A stretch of DNA of 57,979 bases, the filler included, from Platydemus manokwari (Eukaryota), in NCBI GenBank assembly GCA_037951405.1. It is 5 parts of 5 records of this genome, joined end to end, with 100 filler letters (N's around TTAATTAATTAA, not from the genome) between each part and the next. Parts side by side here need not be neighbours in the genome. Positions count along the whole stretch, not along the records: positions 18,841 to 27,458 come from JBBMOY011347094.1; positions 27,559 to 46,971 come from JBBMOY011933604.1; 3 more parts are not named here. One strand, written 5' to 3'. Positions 27,170 through 42,600 of this stretch are shown piece after piece (position 1 is the stretch's first letter; each line of letters begins with the position of its first letter). The position numbers were made by a program, and so were the translations under genes. The notes below the pieces were generated by a model, which did not search any database, had not been told where the DNA came from, and saw only the letters and a program-made list of their open reading frames with translations.

Positions 27170-27458
27170 ACTCGTATATGCGATTCGAGAAAAGAGGCAC
27201 CTGTTGTGTGGAAGCAGTTTTGAAAATTCCATTTCCTTCACGATAACGCTCGACCGCATACGGCAAGTTTGGCTCAAAAAATAAGCTTGATGACATCAAT
27301 TTTACGGTAAAACTGCATCCACCTTACTCCCCAGATCTTGCCTTTTGAGATCATTACCTGTTTTCTCCTATGAAAAGCTCACTTCGAGGGAAAACCTATT
27401 ACGGTGCTGAAGAGGTTAAGACTGATTTAGAAAAGTGGAATGATTCAAAACCTGCGAA
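27170..27458 (+). mobile_element. Mariner transposase pseudogene fragment (C-terminal catalytic region), cut by contig end
   Basis: LHDNARPHTA (27236-) and LHPPYSPDLAF*DHYLF...LRGK...EEVKTDLEKW (27313-) are mariner signature motifs, with a frameshift and a stop. Confidence 0.88.
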
Positions 27459-27558
27459 NNNNNNNNNNNNNNNNNNNNNNNNNNNNNNNNNNNNNNNNNN
27501 NNTTAATTAATTAANNNNNNNNNNNNNNNNNNNNNNNNNNNNNNNNNNNNNNNNNNNN
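27459..27558. other. Artificial contig spacer N44-TTAATTAATTAA-N44
   Basis: Identical to the other three spacers. Confidence 0.97.
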
Positions 27559-28026
27559 GTAGTGAGCAGATATTTGAATGATATGGAGTTAAGATCTGAC
27601 TTTACTCATCACTTTGAAGCAATATCTAATAGCGACACACATCAAAAACCTAGCACCTTAGTTACACAAAATGGTTGTTTGAAGTATGTAACACACCCCC
27701 GCATTTTCGTATAAATATTATCAAAATTATTTATGAAACTGTGATAGACATAGTTAGATAAAAAATGAGATTTGTTTTAATATTAAAAACAAACGCGTGT
27801 GATTTTTAAATGAAATAAAAAATTGATGGAAACAACTTATGTTTTTACTGATATCGTTTGATATTGGAACGAATATTAATGGTTCTCAAATAAAAATATA
27901 GATATATGGAATTCATGAAGAAAAATACTTTTAGTAAATGCTATGATATTTAAAAAATATCAATTAAAAATAATATTAAAATAACGCTACCACAGCCAAC
28001 AAATCTCAAAAATATGTATATCAATA

Positions 28027-31000
28027 TCAAAAAATAGACTTGAATTTTTCATAGAAATAAAAAGTGAGACTTGAAACAACTCCTGATTTAATAGAAGTAG
28101 GTACAATGCCTTTAAAAATACCCAAGATACCCTCTTCCATGATAGTTTTACGAATACTATGAATAAATTTAGTAGAATGATGGAATTTTCCAAAATAAAT
28201 ACGTGGTTCTTCAAAACCTTGAACTTGTAAGCGTCTTTTGGATAGATCTAATGGATAAACTAAAATTTTGGCCACCGTACCAGCAACTGATCCTGATAAC
28301 AATTGCTTACAAGGTTCTTGTGACAAAATTTGCAATAAAGTAGAATAATTGTCAGTATCTAAAACCGAATAATCATTAATAATAGTTTTGGAATATCTTG
28401 CGTAACAAACTGAGATTTCACGTTTTAGTAAAGTTTTTTGATGCTGCATGAAGGGGTACATTCACAAAATTAATTATAAATTAATTTATTGAAAGCAGTT
28501 AAGTCAACGAAAAGTAGACAATGTTCTTTTCTAATAGGTGTTTAAAATAAAATATCTATAAAATTTTGAAATAATACACTTTCAAAAATATAGAAGATTC
28601 TTATTTTATGCGATATTTATACAGTATGGATATAAAAATTATCCAAAGTTAAGATAAAGACACTTCCGAAACTTATTACGTATCACATTGAAGCTATTAT
28701 GATTAATTATTTAAAAATAAAATACGACATGGTAAGTTATAAATTATTATAATTTACTTTAAGACTGATTAAATTTTTAAGAAAGGATTCGAACTAAACT
28801 TTATATATAATCAAATTATTAAATAACACAGTATCGATAGTGCAATGCAGAATCATACTGTTTTATACCATTTATATAATTATTTCAATTTATTTATGGC
28901 AAGAACGAAAATAAATTAATTTTATCATTCTACTATTATTGCTAATAAAATCATAAAGTTTATGATTGTTAGTTCCTACTTTGTCATCAAATACGAATCA
29001 AATAAATATTTTAGCCAATCAAAACAATCGAACACATTTAAAAATCTGTAAATAAATTATAGAAAATTTAATTCCTCACCACGTTTATAAGATAGAAACT
29101 TTTTCATTTTGTGATATAGTAAGAATTGGATTGCTGTTTGTGGATATATCATTATTATTGTAGGAACAAGACCTCTAAAAAACCCATATAATCCTTCTTC
29201 TTTAGCCATAAATATTACAGCATTTAAAGAACCTTTATATTTCTAAAACTTTTATTATATCAATATAAGATCGGTTTTACTCACTTTATGTATACCTTGA
29301 GATACTAATCGTGTTCTTATGACATCGATTGGTTGACAGAATAAACTAGCTGTTGAACCAGCTATACCACCGAATATCAAGTCATTCGTAGAATTGTGAT
29401 CCACTCCTGTTTGAGAGTAAAGCCTTTCAAATGTTTCAAACTAAGCATAAGTAAAGAAATTCGTTACAAAATTAAATTAATTATATTAAATAAAACAGAA
29501 AATATTAATAGTAAAAATCAAAGATTGAATTTAATAATCAATATTCTAGAGTATTGATCTAGAACTGAAGTTTCACAATAAACTTCCTCGGGTATTAGTT
29601 AGTCTAAGAACATATTATCCATAGTACAGATACACGTTAATTCATCCTGCTTTAATAAAAACACAATATGTAGTCGATCACGTCGAATGTCAAAATGGCA
29701 TATTTTTCTATTTCTTAAATTCTATTTTACTAGAAATAAACTGAGCAGTCTCATAAATCAAGAAGTTAATATTGTTAGTTCACAATAATTATATTCAAAT
29801 CTTGAATAGAAAAGTGAGCAGAAAGGAAATCTAAGAATAATATAACTTGTCATTTAAAATGTGGTAATAAATACTATTATGCCTAATAGATATAAATTAA
29901 TAGATGACATTTATGATAGTCTGAATAATTATACACTTTCATTTTTACAGATGTATTAATAGTTATTATGATAAAAATAGTTAACGTCTGGCTTCCAAGA
30001 AATAGTCCTAGTTAGAAAAATATCTAACTAATGAAATTAGTCTGACGTCTCTCATGTGTTAAGATATTTTTAGAATACTAAGGAAAATGAAAATTCTATA
30101 ATATTAAGATTATAGTTTGTAAATATTTAATTGTAATTATTCAAGTTCATTATTAAACTATAAGTACAGAATTAATCAAAGAGAAAATGAAATTATTTTA
30201 TTTAAATTAAAAACCGAAACAGTATATTCTCAAATTACGCGCTATATTATCAGTGATATAATTAACACCGGGTGTCAACAATGATATTATCAATTGAAAT
30301 GCTTATATGATCAAAGTACATATGAAATCGTCGAAATTACAAACATTTTTTCACATGATCAAAAAGTTAAGAAAAGAGACAGTGTACTATATTAATCAAC
30401 TACAAAGGCCTCTTTGGTATATAATAGTTTTAATTACTTTTCTGAGATCACTGGCATCCGATTCTTCGATAAAAATTAGAATTAATATGATCCCAAGTAC
30501 TACAAATATCAAAATAGATCCAGGGGGTCTTTTATATAGATTTTTCGAAAAATTTTCTATTAATGCTAGATTCAAGTTCAATTAAATAGTAATAATTTAC
30601 GGTTGAGATATCGAATATTTAATTTTCTAATAAATCTTACAGTATTATTTTGTGTGTACTGTTTTCGGTGATGGAATAAAAGATCGATTTCCATGTCGTG
30701 TAAGGATTTGAATGAAAACGAGCCCAATAAGTACTCACTATTGAGAGTAATCAAGGATTTATAAATATTTATAGAATAGTGTAAAATTTTTCGCTAATTC
30801 ATATACGGATAACCTCCTATCAGACTAAATTAAGGTTTTTATATACACTTCATTGACATAATCCATCATAACTACCACCGATGAATTTCCTGAACCAATT
30901 TGAAAGGATTTCTTTTTCAAAACCTCTGATCAGATAAAATAATATTAATGGCACTTATAATCACTCAAAGACACATTTTCACCAACGGTGTTTTTTTTAA

Positions 31001-32039
31001 TTTATTCACATGGTGTATATAAACTTAATATATTCTTTCCTAATTTTGAAAAATGACTAATTAAAATACTAGTATACGACCCTTATTAAAATATTCATTA
31101 TTATTGATATCAGTTAATATTCCAAAAAATCACAATCAATAACATGTTTACTAGACGTTGAAATTACAAAATATTGATTTCAAAAGTTAATATTTATTCT
31201 TTTCTCATCGTAATGGATATATCCGTAATCTGCATAAGACATAATTCAAATCAAAATCTACTTCTGGTACGTGATTTGTAATTAAGCAATCTAATACTTT
31301 AAAACAAACTCATATAACAAACATTCAATATTTACAAATAGTAAATATTGACGATTACAAATTCAGTCCTTTGTGCGATACAATTATTTTAAAACAAACA
31401 GTTATAAAGTTCAATAAAAGCAAGTCTGTTTAAAGTATTGAATCATTTTAAAATATCTTAACAATTAATAGTTAAAAATAATTTGTATCGTAATTAACTC
31501 GATTTATAAAATTTAAATGCAAAAAATTACACATTTCATTTAATCACAAAGCAACCCATATTAAATTCAAAAACATAATAAAATGATTCGAATATAATAT
31601 ATAAAAACCGATTGTTAAAAGTACTTTTATTTTAAAAATGACCTAGTTCAAACGTATAAAAATAGACCAAATTAAAACAGACTAATCAATTGTAATTATA
31701 TTAATTTAAATTATAATTTAAAATATAAATCAATACCTGAACAGCACCAAAAAATATTGACAGATATTGTGCAGGAACATGGCCCTTCCAAAATCCAAAT
31801 ACACCTTCTTCAATGTAAATTCGTTTGCATGCTTGTACGAGATTTTTGTAATATGAATTTTTAGATTGATTGCTGATTGGTTCAACTTGGAGCTTAATTT
31901 CAATATTTTTAACTAATTAATACAATCATTTTTAATGAAATACCTGAAATCGAATCTTGAGAACATCCAGTGGTTGAGTAATAATTCGAACAACAAAACC
32001 ACTTGCAGCACCTGCGTTGAATGCACTGCTTTCAGTCAT
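28027..32039 (-). CDS. SLC25A19: Mitochondrial thiamine pyrophosphate carrier; complete five-exon gene (32039-31944, 31892-31737, 29440-29285, 29242-29080, 28358-28027)
   Basis: Three carrier signature motifs (PLDVLKIRFQ, PIDVIRTRL, PLDLSKRRLQVQGF) plus the SLC25A19-typical FWKGHVPAQYLS. All splice phases are compatible from ATG 32039 to TGA 28027. Confidence 0.92.
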
Positions 32040-32949
32040 TAAATGTAATTTTGACTTAATTATTTTACTTTAAATAACGAGTGAATTATAAATTTAATTC
32101 ACAAATTTAAATTGACTAATCTAATACGATCAGTGTTGTTTGGTAACTAAGCGTAAAGCTAGATTATTATACAGTTTATTTCCAAGTTAGAAATATATGT
32201 TTTATAATCATATTATAAAATTTCATAGTTTATAAAGATTATGTTTATTAACTTTATATAAAAATTTCAATTATTGCAATTTTATTTTTACAATGTTATT
32301 TTTTTATATTAATAAAGTAGGTCAATTATAAAAAATTCTTATTGCGTAATGATAAGCATCCTGCTTTAAATATAAAATAACAATAAATAAAACCATATTT
32401 AAAGATTAAATTTTTTATTTTACTAATTTCAGATATTATTAATATGATAATGAGCATAACTTCTATTAACGATTAAAAATTTTATCTGAAATTTTGTTAT
32501 AAGATTGACAATCTTATTTATGGATAATTATCTGTTTTTATTTTGCCGAAAGATATCTAGAAGGTTAAATTTGGTATTTTGCACTTATTCTGGTAGCAAT
32601 TTTGATATGGGTTACTCTACCAACTTCAGCCGTTTAGCGAGGTCAAACTTTTTAACAGTATCTATTACTAGAATATTAATGGTAACCAATGGATTTCTAA
32701 GATTAAATCGTTGTTGTAAAAATTATTAAAAAATATTTTTGAATTTATTTTTCGATACTACTTAATTTTAAGAGATTTACTCCATTATTTTTGGAAAGTT
32801 GAAAAAATGAAGTTATAATTCTAAAAAATAAATAATTAATTTATTGTATGAATTCTTAAAATTAATTTTGCACTTGATAATAGTCCTCAATATATTAAAA
32901 ATTCCAATAGTATTGATAATTAGAGTTCTTTGATAACCTTCGATGTATT

Positions 32950-33960
32950 AATCTAGTTTTAAATCTTACTAGGACAACTACAACACAAGGACCACGATTA
33001 ACAACCGGGAAACCACAGTCGTTAAAATCATTATAAATACTAAACAACATTAACTTATTTCTCGGTTGATTTTAAATATTAGAATCAATCTTTTAATATA
33101 TGAACTTAGTCTTAATCCGAAACAGAAGGCTAAGTGTTTTAATCTACATAGATAAAATAGCACTACTAGTTATAAGTTGAAACGAAATTCAGACTTCTTT
33201 AAACAGATCAGTTATGGTAATAAAATGGTTTAAATTTTAAGTAGACAAAAAAGCAGATGTTCCAGATGTCTCAGTACGTCATTTTATTTCACAAAAAATT
33301 CATTTGGAACCAAGGCATTGATTCTAGAAGCAATCCAGAAATCATAATTCAAATCTAAAGCCAGATGAAGGAAATTCCCGATATTCAAAAAAATGCATCG
33401 CTCAGAAAATTCACCTGGAAACTCAAATCAATAAGTTAAGAACACATTATTCAGACAATTTCTTGTACCATAAGTTTATTAAAGATTGGTTAAACGAAGC
33501 ATCATAAGCATTAACTCACAGACAATGAAGATAGAAGAAACCAATAAAGACTCAAGAAACAATTAACCAAATTCCAATTACTAAATGTATACACATTGAT
33601 AGGTATATCATAATCAAAGTCAAGAGATGCGATTGTAGAATGAAATAGCACTTATCAATAATAATTCCAAAACAAAAGAATTAGCAATGTTCAATGTTCA
33701 GAATATTGTTTAAAACCAAAGAATTACAAATGTCAAAAATCAAAAAATATGTTTTTTGCAGACCTTTAAACTATATAGTTATAAAATAAGTAAAAATAAT
33801 TAAAAAAATACGATAAGAAAATACAACCCTAGACAAAAACACATAGCAAAAATTAAAGATAAAAGCCCCAAAGAGATTCAACAATCAAAGATAACAGCAG
33901 TAAAAGAAAATATATGAGACAACAAGAATTTAAGATACCAGTAATATAAAAGAAGTAAGA
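32950..33960 (+). mobile_element. Possible degraded LINE remnant between SLC25A19 and robo
   Basis: A-rich + strand with LIYIDKIALL...EIQTSLN (cf. LxYADDIALL...ELQxxLN) near 33140-33200. Confidence 0.3.
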
Positions 33961-36531
33961 CATATTTACAACATGACATTGTCATAATTATCGGTTTTCA
34001 ATACAAATAGCACAACGATTACCGAAAATGTTTTAATTAAATTTTCCCTTGGTTAATTCAAATTAATTAATTATTAATTAAAATCCAATAACCTCATTAA
34101 TCTCACCAATTTGGCACTGTCCTTTTAAATTACACTTCTCCTCTTACTCATACTGTAAATAGTCAATATCTGTAACGAATTTTATAAGCAAAAGTTTGTG
34201 TGTTTCTTGTGATCAACTTTTATTCGTTGTTCTGATTTTAAAGATTTCAGCTGAAGTTATTTATTTATGTGGATTGGCATTGGTCACTTTTTGTGTAGGT
34301 TATATAGCAATATATTGTTATTTGCCAAATTTAGATCTTTGTTCTCGATTTCTTCCGATTGGTCAGTAATCTTGTCTATATGATTGCCTAAGTGTAATCT
34401 AAACCAAGGTCTCAAGGTCATTATTTCCATGGAAATATTTCATACTTATCAATATATCACACTTGTCTATATATATTCTAAATTTTATTCATTTTACTGC
34501 AACCACAAACTTCAAGCAAACTCAATTGAAGTATGGCATACTAAAAAAAGAAAAAGGAACTTCAACAAAGAGATAAGGCTCAATTTGAGATATTGAGGAA
34601 AATATAAAACTGAGATGAAACGCATCAAAATGATATTAGAAAGTAACAAACTTAAAAATCTTTCTGAATAGCAACTCATATTCATGTGATAAAGACCATT
34701 GGAGAAAAAATATGCGAGTACCCCAAAAATGGTAGATCAAACAAATCAATAAAATATTTGGATATTTGATGAAATAATTTCCACTTAGTTGACTTGCAAT
34801 TATTTTTTGAGAAGTAGATCTATAACGAATCCGCTTATTGCACAATTACATTAAAGTAATTCAGGGTGACCAATGCATTGACGTATAAGAACCAAAAATT
34901 CTAAATAATTTGACAGAGTACAATGTATATTAAGTTTTTATACGAAGAAGGCAGAGTCAGTAACCTGTTGAGTTAAGTTAATACGGAGCACAAGACAAAT
35001 GAATGCATGATTCTACATCCAATAAATCGACTATCAACATTATGACATGTCAAAGTACCAAACCAAATTTAAGTTCCAAATAACTTAAGAAGATATCAGT
35101 GTGTATTTAAAATTATTAATATTTTAAAGATCGAGTAATGACAGCCTATAGGAATCAGTCACAATATCCTCACCAAGGTGTGCACAAAATGTTTAAAATG
35201 TATAATAAAATGTTGACTAGTTTAATATATAAAGTTATTATTTTAATTATTATCGCTTTGATAGCACAACAGGACGATGCAACAGGCACAGGTATAACAA
35301 ACATAAGTTATATAAGAGATAATAAATAGGGAATTTTTAAAATATTAAATTTCGTAATATAAAACCTTTTCACAATTAAACCAGTTTAAAATCAATCATC
35401 CTTTTATTGAAAACATGGATGAATGCATGACTCACATTCATAATAAAAAATTTATAACAAAAATTTTTATTACAACTTTGTTATATTAATATTTTTCTAA
35501 TATAATTAATTATTATCTAAGAACTATTTGAATTTACAATCATCTTCAAAATTGGTAACATTAATTCAGCATCAATAATGGCCAATACACTCAAAATTGT
35601 AGCACAGGTTTTATTTAAACACATTTTTGAAACAAAAATATTTTCTAAAATTATGTACCCCCGTTTTACTTAAAAATACTAATTATATTTATTGTAAAAG
35701 AATTCTATTTAAATCACACTTAAATTTTCATTCATTTTTAGAATTAATGAAAGAACTTTGGGGAATAAATAATCATTGATTCTTTGTTCTTATATTTTCT
35801 TTGAAAATGGAATCTATGAATTTAATTTAGTTTTATTTCTACGTCTTTATAAATGCATGTACAGCAAACAAACCCAAATTCTACATTTATTTAGAAAAGC
35901 ACAATATTAAATGAAAATTTGCATATTAAATTAAATATTAATCAAGGAAAATTGCTCATAAACATTAAAAACTTTGATTCTTTATATGCTAAGGATTACT
36001 TGTGAATAATACAAGTTTTAAGTGTACTACTATCATAAAATAATATATTAACAGTCTACGCATTCGTTATATAAAAATCATATTTATCAAGGCTGAAAAA
36101 CGTGATAAATAAAATTTAATATGTTAAAAACAGTGCTTTGAGTAATAATAAGCCCTTAGTTAAATTTTATTAATTTTTCTAAGATTACTGGCTTCCATAA
36201 AGTTGACAAAGCAAAGTCCAAAGACTAAGTAATATAATTTAATTAGTGTAGTATCAGTTTTTTGGAAATTATAAAAATTCAAAGTAAACTTTCTAAATAT
36301 AAAAAAATCCTTTTATAAACATTATTTTTCTTTAAAATAATAACGAGTTCTATTTTTTAAATTTTAATTTAAATAATATGAAAATATCAAGTATTGTGTT
36401 TTACTGTTTAAATATAATTTGTCATACTTTATGATAACTTTTAAATTTTATTAATAAGTGAAGCAACTTGAAGACTTTATTATTTATAAACAACACCAAT
36501 TTATGACATATAATATTTCAGAAAGCTTATA

Positions 36532-39500
36532 ATGTTATGCGTTTTTTATTTGTCAATATCTCTTCTAATTTCAAATATTAATTGTGAATCAAAGCCACTA
36601 AAGCCAGTTATTACTGAGCATCCATCAAATGCTTATGGATTAAGTCTTCAAAGAGTTAATTTACGATGTTATGCTGAAGGTAATCCATTACCAAAAATCA
36701 TCTGGTACAAAGGTGGAAAGGTTGTTGAAAGTTATAAAGATAAACCAGTCACATCGAATAGAATTGTGAAAGACAACGAGTTATTATTTCTTCATCTTGA
36801 CACTCAAGATGAAGATGTCTATTACTGTAATGCTACGAATATTCACGGATGGACAATATCTAACAATGCAAGTGTTAGAATAGCTTTTCTCAACAAAGTC
36901 ATTACGGGACCTGAAGCGAAAACTGCAAGTGTCGGTGAGACGGTTCTAATGGAATGCAAACCACCGAAAGGAATTCCCAAACCTTCTGTTATATGGAAAT
37001 TTAATGGCAATGTCATTGAATTAAACAAGCGTATTAAAGTATTGGATACCGGAGATCTACGTATCGATAAAGCTACTCGAAAAGATTCCGGAAGATATAA
37101 TTGTTTAGCAAAAAATTTCGCATATGAACTAGAAAGTTCGCCGGCAATGTTGACTGTTCGCCAAAAACCATTTTTCAAAGTAGCACCAAGAAATATTGAA
37201 GTGAAAGTAAATGAAGCAGCAATTTTCCCATGTATAGTCGAGGGAGATCCGAAACCAACTATCATCTGGAGACGCGACAATAGCAAGAAAATACCCAGTT
37301 CCAGGGCAACGTTATTGGAAAACAAGGGAATGCGAATAAGCAAGGTTCAATTAAGTGATATGGGAAATTATATTTGCCAAGCATCGAATTCCGCTGGTAC
37401 CATAGAGGCATACGCCAAACTTAGCGTTGTATCAACCCCGGGATTTCTGGAAACACCAGAAAGTCAAAAAGCCAGCGTTGGAGATTCTGTGAAATTCAAT
37501 TGCCGCATCACAGGTTCACCACAACCGACGGTTATTTGGGTTCACAATGGGGACCATTTTATTGCCGATGAAGATATTAGTCGGCGCGCTGATCGAATCC
37601 AGGTCAGTAAAGATGGAAGTTTGACCATAAGTCCAGTGAAAATATCGGATTCTGGTAAATATGAATGTAAAGCATCGTCATATACGGGAAAGATCCAATC
37701 GTCGGCTTATTTGAACGTCATCGATTCTCAACAATATCAACCACCAGTGATTGAACTCGGCCCACAAAATCAAACCCTCAGTCTTGGACTCACCGCTACA
37801 TTTCATTGTCATCCCAAAAATCCGGAAGGTGTCAACATAATCTGGTTTAAAAACGGCCAGAAACTGAGTGGCATTTCCGATCCGAGAATCATTCATTTGA
37901 CAACGGGAACATTAAAGATCAATTTGTTACGAATGAGTGATGCTGGTAATTATACGTGCAAAGTGGAACGAATGGGAGCCTATACGACTTGGTCGGTGAC
38001 ATTGAAAATACCGGATAAAAATGATTTCGAAACAGCAATCTTACAAACGACAGACGATGCCCGAATGTTTCCACCAACAGCGACGAATTTCGAAGTGTTA
38101 GAACGAGGTGATTCGTGGATCACATTGAAATGGGACAGTCCAACCCAGGAAGAAAGCAATATCAATCATTATCTAATCGAATATTCTCCATATGAATCTC
38201 GACAAGGCTGGTATATGCAATCGATTTTATTATCGTCACCAGGAAAAATCTCGAATCTTCGCCCGAATACTGGATATCGATTTTTAATTCGATCTGTCAA
38301 CGATATCGGTATTGGCCATCCCAATGTGATACCATTTGTCGTGTTCACCAGCAAGAAACATAATTTCTCCACATTAAATTACAATCAATTGAAATCGAAA
38401 GTTGAGAATGTTTTGTGTGAAAATCTCAAAATGAAAAGTGTTTCCACTGACCAATTGACAATTGTTTGGCATGTCGGTGGTCCGAATGCGGCTTTGAGAT
38501 TATTATCAGGATTTCTGGCTAAATATAAAAAGGTTCCCTTAGGTCGTTGTCTGGCAAACAATAAAGGTGTTTATATGGAGCATTGTAGTCTCGGGGAAAA
38601 TCTTCTCAATCAAATTGAGCTGGATATGAACAATCCTAAATCGATTTTCAATGAAGAAGGAACGGAACAGACAAAATTGGTGCCCATGACTGATTGGAAT
38701 GATCAAATGGTTGCTTATACAATCATATCGAACCTGCATCCTTTTGTGTGTTATGAAATATATGTCCAACCATATCTCGATCATCCCAAATTTGGTCGAC
38801 TCACTGGAATTCTCAGTAAATCCATCACAATATTGACATACGATTCCGTTCCAACACTTTCACCAACCGATTTGACAGCTCGATGGTTGTCGAATACATC
38901 GGTAGAAATTTCCTGGAAGCCTGCCCCTAAACAACATGTCAATGGTATTCTGAAAGGATATTCTCTTCACATCATTGGCAACGATACCAATTCCACCAGA
39001 TCCATTGAGGTAACAAATTCTCATCATTTAATTTAATAATTGATTTAATATTTTATTTTATTGATTAAATCGAATTATATTTATAAATTAATTAAAATTT
39101 TCTATAATTTCTATGATATATCTAATATTAGATGGTTTTGTATTTTGTTATCATTATTCATTTTCAAATTTGGCATATTCTATTCGAGACAAGTTATTTT
39201 CAATTTCATTCTGTCGCTATAAACAAAACATATTGAAAGTGGTAGTTTAGACTCATCGAAAAATATATTTTTCATTATATCCGCATGTATGTAAATGTTT
39301 ATCTATCAATAGATTATCACTGATATCATTGATTTTTATCATCTCATAAAGTTTTTAGAGTTCGAAAACAGATTAATTATGCAAATTGACAAAGCTCTAT
39401 TTCAATTCTAATTTATTGAAACAATTTTCGATTCCATTTCAGAGATGTAAATAAAAATTTCCAAAACTTTTCCACAACTGTAAAACATTCAGTGTTTCTA

Positions 39501-42500
39501 TTAGTAGATATTTTCCACAAAAAACACTAGTTGTAGAATTATTAGAAATTTATTTCTGTATACTTCATTATAAAAATTATAGAATGGCAATTATCTGATA
39601 AATAAATTAACGTATTTTATAGTCTTGTTTGATAGTAAGTTATCAAAAAATATTAATAACTACAACTCTAACAAATAATTAAATCTTAATGATTAAGGAT
39701 GAAAATTTAATTACGTAATTTCCCGTGATAAAAATATCTACTGACACAACTGAAAATCTCTATTGAAGAAAATTTGCTGGAAAATTAATACGAAATCTCA
39801 GATTAAAAAAAAAATCACAGAAAAAAATAATAAGTTAAAATAATGACTGTTTGTTCTTGTGGGTATCAAAGGATTTTTCTTTCAATCAATTGAAATTGGA
39901 GGGAAAATGAATTTTTGTGATCGTTTCATGATAAATACTAATTAATAACTTGATATGTGAACACATATCTCTAACAACAAATGGAATTTCTATATGAAAA
40001 ATATCCATAATTTATTCTCTCATTAATTAGTAGACATTTTTACCACATTCTAAAATCATGAAATTTTCAATATTTTCGCCACTTTTTTTCAAAAAAAAAA
40101 ATTCTGAAATCAATAATATATGTCGACGAGAAAGTGAAAGATGGATTTTTTTCCCTTTTCGTTTGGTGTAAAGAAATTTATTTTTAATATAGATGAAATT
40201 ATTTTTTAAAACCAAATATCAATCAAGATCCACAAAAACGATAAGTGAGAGAGAAAATGATAATTATCATATTGTATTTTGCAATTCATTTAGATATTAT
40301 AGGTACTTTAATTAATTTTACACGAAATTTGTTTCGAATTTTACGATTTTATTATATTTAAACTGGTACAATATCTCGTTCAACAAGTGTCTAACATTTC
40401 TGTTAAACCCCGGGGGTGAGGATTGTGCGAACTGACCAGTTTTTTACATGCCAATTCATAGAACTAATGACGTCGTCATCGAGTGAAAAATAGATTGTTT
40501 GCTGCTAATGAGTCACTATGATGATAGAAATTAGTGTAAACATTGCATACTACACTCTAGAAATGGAGTTTACCATAAAATTTCCGAGTGAATTAAATGC
40601 ATCTGGTACCATCATGTCTGTTATATGTGTGGCAATTATTTATTGTTGGCTTGACAGTTATTTTTCAATGAACATAATTGGCTCAGTAGTCATGATAAAC
40701 GTGTAAATAATGGCAACATGTGTTGACTATTATGATGTGTTCATTTCGATGACTAGTCCTCTTTTAATGGGCTTTGCATATTGTTATGTCGTTCTTAATT
40801 GTGTGAGCTCATAAGCTTGGTTATTCTCTTCAATGGAAACATTGTTTACCGTTTGATGTCTGAAACATGCTGCGTGTTGTCATTGACACAGATTCTTATG
40901 ACATAATTCAATCAATAAATTCGTTGCTATTTAATTAAATACATAATCGATGAGTTTATGAAACTTTTTCATTTATTTCAATGTAGTCTCAAATCTAGTC
41001 AATGAACACGACTAAAATAAACACAGGTTACAGTTCTTTTCTTATTGTATCATTTAACTGGTTTGGAAATGATGCTATTATTTTCATCTGAACGCTAACT
41101 AGAATTCAAGATGAAAATATTTTTCATTAATTAAATTGTTTTGTTTCAAATGTACTGAGAGAATAATAACTGTCATTTGATTAATTCAGGTAATAAACAA
41201 TAAATTTTTATTAATAACCAGAAAAGTCTAAATTAGAACAGAGAAAGAAAAATAAAGCTTCAGGCGGTAATCAACGTATCGTCAGTAAACAATTTCTCGA
41301 ATTTGTTTATGCAGAATACTAATAGTTATTTCTATCCCAATGGCAGTCACGATTATTTGGCATTGAAACTACATATAAAAAATAATTCGTTTTTTATCAA
41401 GTTATTCTTGATTGATTTAATATATTGTAAATCGATATTTATCAATTATGCTTTCAAAGACGACGTTTTGTTGAATTGCAAAATTTCCAATTCTTCTCAA
41501 CAACATGTGTTATTGATAGAATATCAAAAGGTGATTGGTTGAGGAAATATCGATTCAACATGGATGATTGAATGGTATTTTGTCATTGTTTTTTCTGCTA
41601 CACTAGGTAGTGTCTCTTGAACATGCGAACACCAATTATTTTTGTTTTGATTTTGAGTCAAATTTATTTTCAGGATTAAATATTTTTCTATATTGTTACT
41701 ATAGCAACCGGGCTATTGGAAAGGTGGTTTTAATCAATCTATCTAATTGTTTCTACGGGTTTTCCTGCTTTTTCCAGTTGTTATTATTCTTATTTCTCAT
41801 ATTATTTACCGGGTGAAATAATATTTCCCAATTTATTCTCTGAAACGAAATTTGGCAACGATTTTTATTTGATTTTATTGTAATAGTTTTTTTATTGGTG
41901 AAAAAATAATTTTTACTTTTAAATACGGCGGTTTTTTTAAAAATTTTTTCGTGTAATATGTCTTTAAAAGTGAGAGTAGGAAATATTAACAAAGTATCTG
42001 ATTGACTTTACTATAATCGAAGAGTTCCCGGACATATATTATTGATATATTTTTGAACTTAGCGCTAAATGATGAAGATCTAATCGCTCCTGATGATCCA
42101 TAAAACACGGTATCAATGACAGATTTCAAGTGTTCTCAAACCATGTATTTAAAATCAAATAGATAAGATTAAAAGCTCTTAAATGAAAAAAACCTAATTA
42201 TGTGATTTATTAAATAAATTACGATGTATGCTTGTTTTTACGATTTTTGGAAAGCATCCTCATTTACACTACTGTAAATGGGGGCTTTTATGATATGCAA
42301 AAACAGCAAAACTAGCATGCTTAATATTATTCATAATAATTGTTTTAAAATTTGAAAATCTGTTATCTTTCTGCTTATTGCATAATATGTTTAGAATTGC
42401 TTGTGCACGATTAACGAAATAAGATATCTAAAGGAAATTAATCTTTCAGGCTTTAATTGAAGTAATACTTATCAGTGGTGTAATCTCAATGTCTAAATGA

Positions 42501-42543
42501 TAGGGTTAGCAGAAATTTCCAGCTCGAGTGAAAATAAAAAGAA

Positions 42544-42600
<57 letters not shown>

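Noticed and set aside
30307-30585. Overlapping 92-aa and 61-aa ORFs in an SLC25A19 intron, and other short I/L/F/K/N-rich ORFs
   Set aside because: Composition reflects AT-rich non-coding DNA, with no motifs or splice support.
36843-38784. Antisense ORFs (61-166 aa) overlapping robo
   Set aside because: Shadow frames of the long robo exon with no recognisable motifs.
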